From Stenotrophomonas sp. (lineage in GTDB: Bacteria; Pseudomonadota; Gammaproteobacteria; Xanthomonadales; Xanthomonadaceae): DNA of 64,000 bases. The position numbers and the translations under genes were made by a program. The DNA lies in the NCBI GenBank assembly GCA_003248565.1, contig QFOV01000006.1, positions 15,066 through 79,065 of the forward strand, read 5' to 3'. This document shows positions 60,695 to 64,000 of the stretch, piece by piece. Position 1 is the first letter of the stretch. Every line of letters starts with the position of its first letter. The notes under the pieces are model-generated. The model worked only from the letters and a program-made list of their open reading frames with translations, ran no database searches and had not been told where the DNA came from.

Positions 60695-61966
60695 ATGTCT
60701 GCCGAAACCCTTGCCGCCGCCCCGGCCACTGCTTCCAATCGCGCTACCTACGCGCAACGTGTGGCCTTCGTTTCGGAGATGGCTGGGCGCCTGCACAGCT
60801 ATGGCACAACTGCCCAGCGCCTGGAGGCGGCGGTGGTGGCATTGGCACAGCAGCTGGACCTGGATTGCGAGCCGTGGTCGAACCCGACCGGCTTGATCCT
60901 GAGTTTCAGCGACCCCACCCGTGCCATTGGTTCCAGTGACATCACCCGCGTCATCCGGCTGGGGCCGGGCGATACCAATCTGCACAAGCTGGCCATGGCC
61001 GACCAGATCGCCGATGCGGTCTCCGCCGGGCAGATGTCGATCGCGCAGGGGCATACCGCGCTGCGCCAGCTCGACAAGGATGGTGGCCTGCGCAGCAAGA
61101 TCCAGCTGCTGGCCTCGTTTACCCTGGGCTCGGCTGGCGTGGCCGGCCTGTGGCGGCTGCCGTGGCTGGATATCGCCACCGCCGGCATCACCGGTCTGCT
61201 GATCGGCCTGATGCTGTTCTATACCGACCGCCGCGTCGCCACACGCGAAGCCGGCGAAGCCTTGGCGGCGTTGCTGGCGGGCTTTGTGGCGGTGTTGGTG
61301 GCCAGTTTCATCGGGCCGCTGAACATGAACTCCACCATCATCGCCTCGCTGGTTGTGCTGTTGCCCGGCATGGCGTTGACCAACTCGGTCAATGAACTGG
61401 CCAGTGGGCATTGGGTGTCCGGTACGGCGCGCTTCGCCGGCGCGCTGACCACCATCATGAAACTCACGGTGGGCGCGATGATCGCGGTGACCATCGCCAA
61501 TTCCATCGGCCTGGAGCCGATCATCCGCGCCTCGCGGCCGCAATCCAACTGGGTGGAATGGGGCTCGGTGCTGGTCGCCTCATTCGCGTTCGCCATGCTG
61601 TTCCGCGCCAGCAGGCGCGATTACCTCTGGGTAATGGCCGCCTCGGTTGCTGGTTATGCGATTTCCCGCTACGGCGGACAGCAATGGGGTGCGCCGGCCG
61701 GCATCTTTCTGGCGGCGATGACGGTGACTGCCGCCGGCAATCTGTTTGGACGCATCGTCCAGCGCCCGGGGGCGATCATCCGTCTGCCCGGCATCATCAT
61801 GCTGGTGCCCGGCAGTACCAGCCTGCGTGGGGTGTTGAGTTTGATCCAGCAGCAGAATGTGAGCGCCGGCGAATCGGCGCTGCTGACCGTGGTCAATGTG
61901 GTGATGGCGCTGGTGGCCGGCCTGCTGTTCGGTAACCTGCTGGTGCCGGCGCGCAAGAATCTGTAA
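60695..61966 (+). CDS. Threonine/serine exporter (ThrE) family protein
   Basis: RLHSYGTTAQRLE, LLPGMALTNSVNEL, IMLVPG; multiple TM segments. Confidence 0.82.
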   Translation: MSAETLAAAPATASNRATYAQRVAFVSEMAGRLHSYGTTAQRLEAAVVALAQQLDLDCEPWSNPTGLILSFSDPTRAIGSSDITRVIRLGPGDTNLHKLAMADQIADAVSAGQMSIAQGHTALRQLDKDGGLRSKIQLLASFTLGSAGVAGLWRLPWLDIATAGITGLLIGLMLFYTDRRVATREAGEALAALLAGFVAVLVASFIGPLNMNSTIIASLVVLLPGMALTNSVNELASGHWVSGTARFAGALTTIMKLTVGAMIAVTIANSIGLEPIIRASRPQSNWVEWGSVLVASFAFAMLFRASRRDYLWVMAASVAGYAISRYGGQQWGAPAGIFLAAMTVTAAGNLFGRIVQRPGAIIRLPGIIMLVPGSTSLRGVLSLIQQQNVSAGESALLTVVNVVMALVAGLLFGNLLVPARKNL

Positions 61967-62036
61967 CCGGGGCGGTTGCTGCCAGCGGTAATCAGGCGGC
62001 GCTGCCAGCGCCGCGTTGCAGGGTGCTGGTGATTGT

Positions 62037-62136
62037 GTGGCCCGGGTAAGCGCAGCGCACCCGGGGCTGTCCGAGGATTGTCTGCAGGATCACCGGAATC
62101 CAAAGCTCCCGGGTGCGCCGCACTTACCCGGGCTAC
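62037..62136. repeat. Inverted REP pair (family C)
   Basis: Matches 9303-9406. Confidence 0.85.
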
Positions 62137-62210
62137 TTTGTCGTTCGTTTAGCCAGCGAGTGCCTGCAATAAACAATTTGTGGCGACTGTGAATACAGAA
62201 ATGCAATAAG

Positions 62211-62236
62211 AAAACGCCGGCAATCTGCCGGCGTTT
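62211..62236 (-). terminator. Terminator after hns
   Basis: AAAACGCCGGCA-ATC-TGCCGGCGTTT. Confidence 0.7.
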
Positions 62237-62258
62237 CGTAATCCATATTCCAGATTTA

Positions 62259-62639
62259 TTACTTCTGGATCAGGAAATCTTCAACCTTGCGGCCTGCCTT
62301 GGTGTATTCGGCCAGCCAGCGCGGCTGCTTGCCACGGCCGGTCCAGGTTTCAGCGGCATTGGCCGGGTTGCGGTACTTCGGCTCAACCTTGGGCAGCTTG
62401 CGGCCGGTCTTGGCAGCGCCCTTGCTGGCCTTGGCGCCACGCGGGGCCTTCACTGCAACGGCGGCGCCGGTGCCGAACAGCTCTTCGACGGTATAACCAG
62501 CCTTCTTTGCCGCAGCGGCAACCAGGGCGCGGGCCTTGGCAATCGGCTGGCGCTTGGCTACAACGGTTTTGCGCTTCTGTGCGTCACGGATAAGAACGGC
62601 CAGTTCTTTGGCCGACAGCTGGGACAGATCGATACTCAT
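62259..62639 (-). CDS. hns: H-NS family nucleoid-associated protein
   Basis: PKYRNPANAAETWTGRGKQPRW. Confidence 0.9.
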   Translation of the reverse strand: MSIDLSQLSAKELAVLIRDAQKRKTVVAKRQPIAKARALVAAAAKKAGYTVEELFGTGAAVAVKAPRGAKASKGAAKTGRKLPKVEPKYRNPANAAETWTGRGKQPRWLAEYTKAGRKVEDFLIQK

Positions 62640-62761
62640 CGAATAACTACTCCGGATAATGGGTTGGGGGGTGTATGCCATTCCGTGGCAGCGCAACAAA
62701 GCATACCGGGCTGATCGCGGTAATGACAGATTAATAGCGTTTTCGATGTTATCCGGAAATG

Positions 62762-62788
62762 AAAACGCCGGGACAATGTCCCGGCGTT
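62762..62788 (-). terminator. Terminator after proS
   Basis: AAAACGCCGGGACA-A-TGTCCCGGCGTT. Confidence 0.7.
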
Positions 62789-62802
62789 ATAAGCGATCAA
62801 CG

Positions 62803-64000
62803 TCAGCCGATGATCTTGCTGATCACCGTGGCCTGGTTCAGATTCTCTGCCTCGACGGCGTTGCGTGCGCGGTATTCAACCGTGCCAGCGGCAAGCCCGC
62901 GCTCCGACACCACGATGCGATGCGGAATACCGATCAGTTCCATATCGGCAAACATCTGGCCCGGACGCAGGCCGCGGTCGTCCAGTGCAGCATCCACGCC
63001 AGCGGCCTGCAGTTCGGCCAGCAGCGCTTCGGCGGCGGCAGTTATCGTCGGGTCCTGCTTCGGGTTGATCATGCATACCACCGCCTGCCACGGCGCCATG
63101 CTGACCGGCCAGATAATGCCGGCGTCATCGTGGTTCTGTTCGATGGCGGCGGCGACGATGCGTGATACGCCAATGCCGTAGCACCCCATCGCCATCACCG
63201 CGGCCTTGCCGTTCTGGTCCAGCACGGTGGCCTTCAGTGCCTGCGCATACTGGCGGCCGAGCTGGAATACGTGGCCAACCTCGATGCCGCGGGTAATCTT
63301 CAGTTCGCCGCCGTCCTGGGCCCGGTCGCCGGCCATGACGTTGCGGATATCGGCCACTTCCGGCTCGGCCAGGTCGCGGCCCCAGTTGACGCCTGCAATA
63401 TGCAGACTTTTCTCATTGGCACCGACCACGAAATCGGCCATTGCCGCTACTTCGCGGTCAGCGACAACACGGATCGCCTTGCGCGGATTCAAGGGGCCGA
63501 GGAAACCCGGCTCGCTGCCCAGATAATCGGCAATCTCGGCCTCGCTGGCCATGCGGTAATCCGCCAGGCCAGCCACCTTGGCCAGTTTGATTTCGTTGAC
63601 TTCGTGGTCGCCACGGACCAGGGCCAGTACGAATTCATTCTCAGTGGTCATTACCGCAATCGACTTCACCGTGCGCAACAGGGCGATGCCCATCAGCGCG
63701 GCGACTTCTTCGCAGGTCTTCTGGGTGGGGGTATCGATCCTGCGCAGTTCTTCGTTGGCGGCGCCGCGCGCTGCCGGATCAGCGGCAATCGCGGCTTCCA
63801 CATTGGCGGCGTAGTCCGAGCCGGTGGAAAACACCAACGCGTCTTCGCCGGAATCGGCAATCACGTGGAATTCCTGCGAGGCATCACCGCCGATCGCGCC
63901 GGAATCGGCCTGCACCGCGCGGAACTCCAGGCCCAGACGGGTGAAGATACGGGTGTAGGCGGCCTTCATGTTCTCGTATTCGGCGACCAGGCTGGCGTCG
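62803..64000 (-). CDS. proS: Proline--tRNA ligase (5' part outside window)
   Basis: [12 protein letters not shown], editing insertion, [22 protein letters not shown], anticodon domain. Confidence 0.96.
   Translation of the reverse strand, partial: DASLVAEYENMKAAYTRIFTRLGLEFRAVQADSGAIGGDASQEFHVIADSGEDALVFSTGSDYAANVEAAIAADPAARGAANEELRRIDTPTQKTCEEVAALMGIALLRTVKSIAVMTTENEFVLALVRGDHEVNEIKLAKVAGLADYRMASEAEIADYLGSEPGFLGPLNPRKAIRVVADREVAAMADFVVGANEKSLHIAGVNWGRDLAEPEVADIRNVMAGDRAQDGGELKITRGIEVGHVFQLGRQYAQALKATVLDQNGKAAVMAMGCYGIGVSRIVAAAIEQNHDDAGIIWPVSMAPWQAVVCMINPKQDPTITAAAEALLAELQAAGVDAALDDRGLRPGQMFADMELIGIPHRIVVSERGLAAGTVEYRARNAVEAENLNQATVISKIIG

Overview
GC-rich Xanthomonadaceae chromosome segment. 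Gene order (cbs-metB...etfAB-rmlBACD-xanBA-CoA transferases) and GTAG-type REP repeats suggest Stenotrophomonas or a close relative; this is an inference. Left part: a heme/B12-type ABC transporter, a PAS-AraC regulator, three TonB-dependent receptors (one is btuB under a cobalamin riboswitch), a divergent cobT-cobC-cobS trio, msrC, a phasin, queD, an M14 peptidase, rhlE, FAH/maiA, pilU and cbs-metB. Centre (~30.0-44.5 kb): a lower-GC O-antigen locus at the known hypervariable metB-etfA site. It carries wzm/wzt, a methyltransferase with a long coiled coil, a three-module glycosyltransferase, a Sel1 lipoprotein, an acyltransferase between two decayed IS3-family elements, and wecB. Right part: etfAB, rmlBACD, xanB/xanA, a CoA-transferase pair with a frameshifted B subunit, a WbsX/RgpF-like protein, alkB, an Mla/Mce-type ABC system, thrE, hns and partial proS. 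Best leads: (i) a twin-hairpin element with identical UCCCUCCC loops in the phasin 3' UTR (candidate sRNA); (ii) a minimal BtuB+CobT/C/S module without cobU (candidate cobamide remodelling); (iii) a compact cap-and-ruler O-antigen system; (iv) a sigmaE-like promoter with a structured ~195-nt leader. All calls come from reading the sequence; no searches were run.
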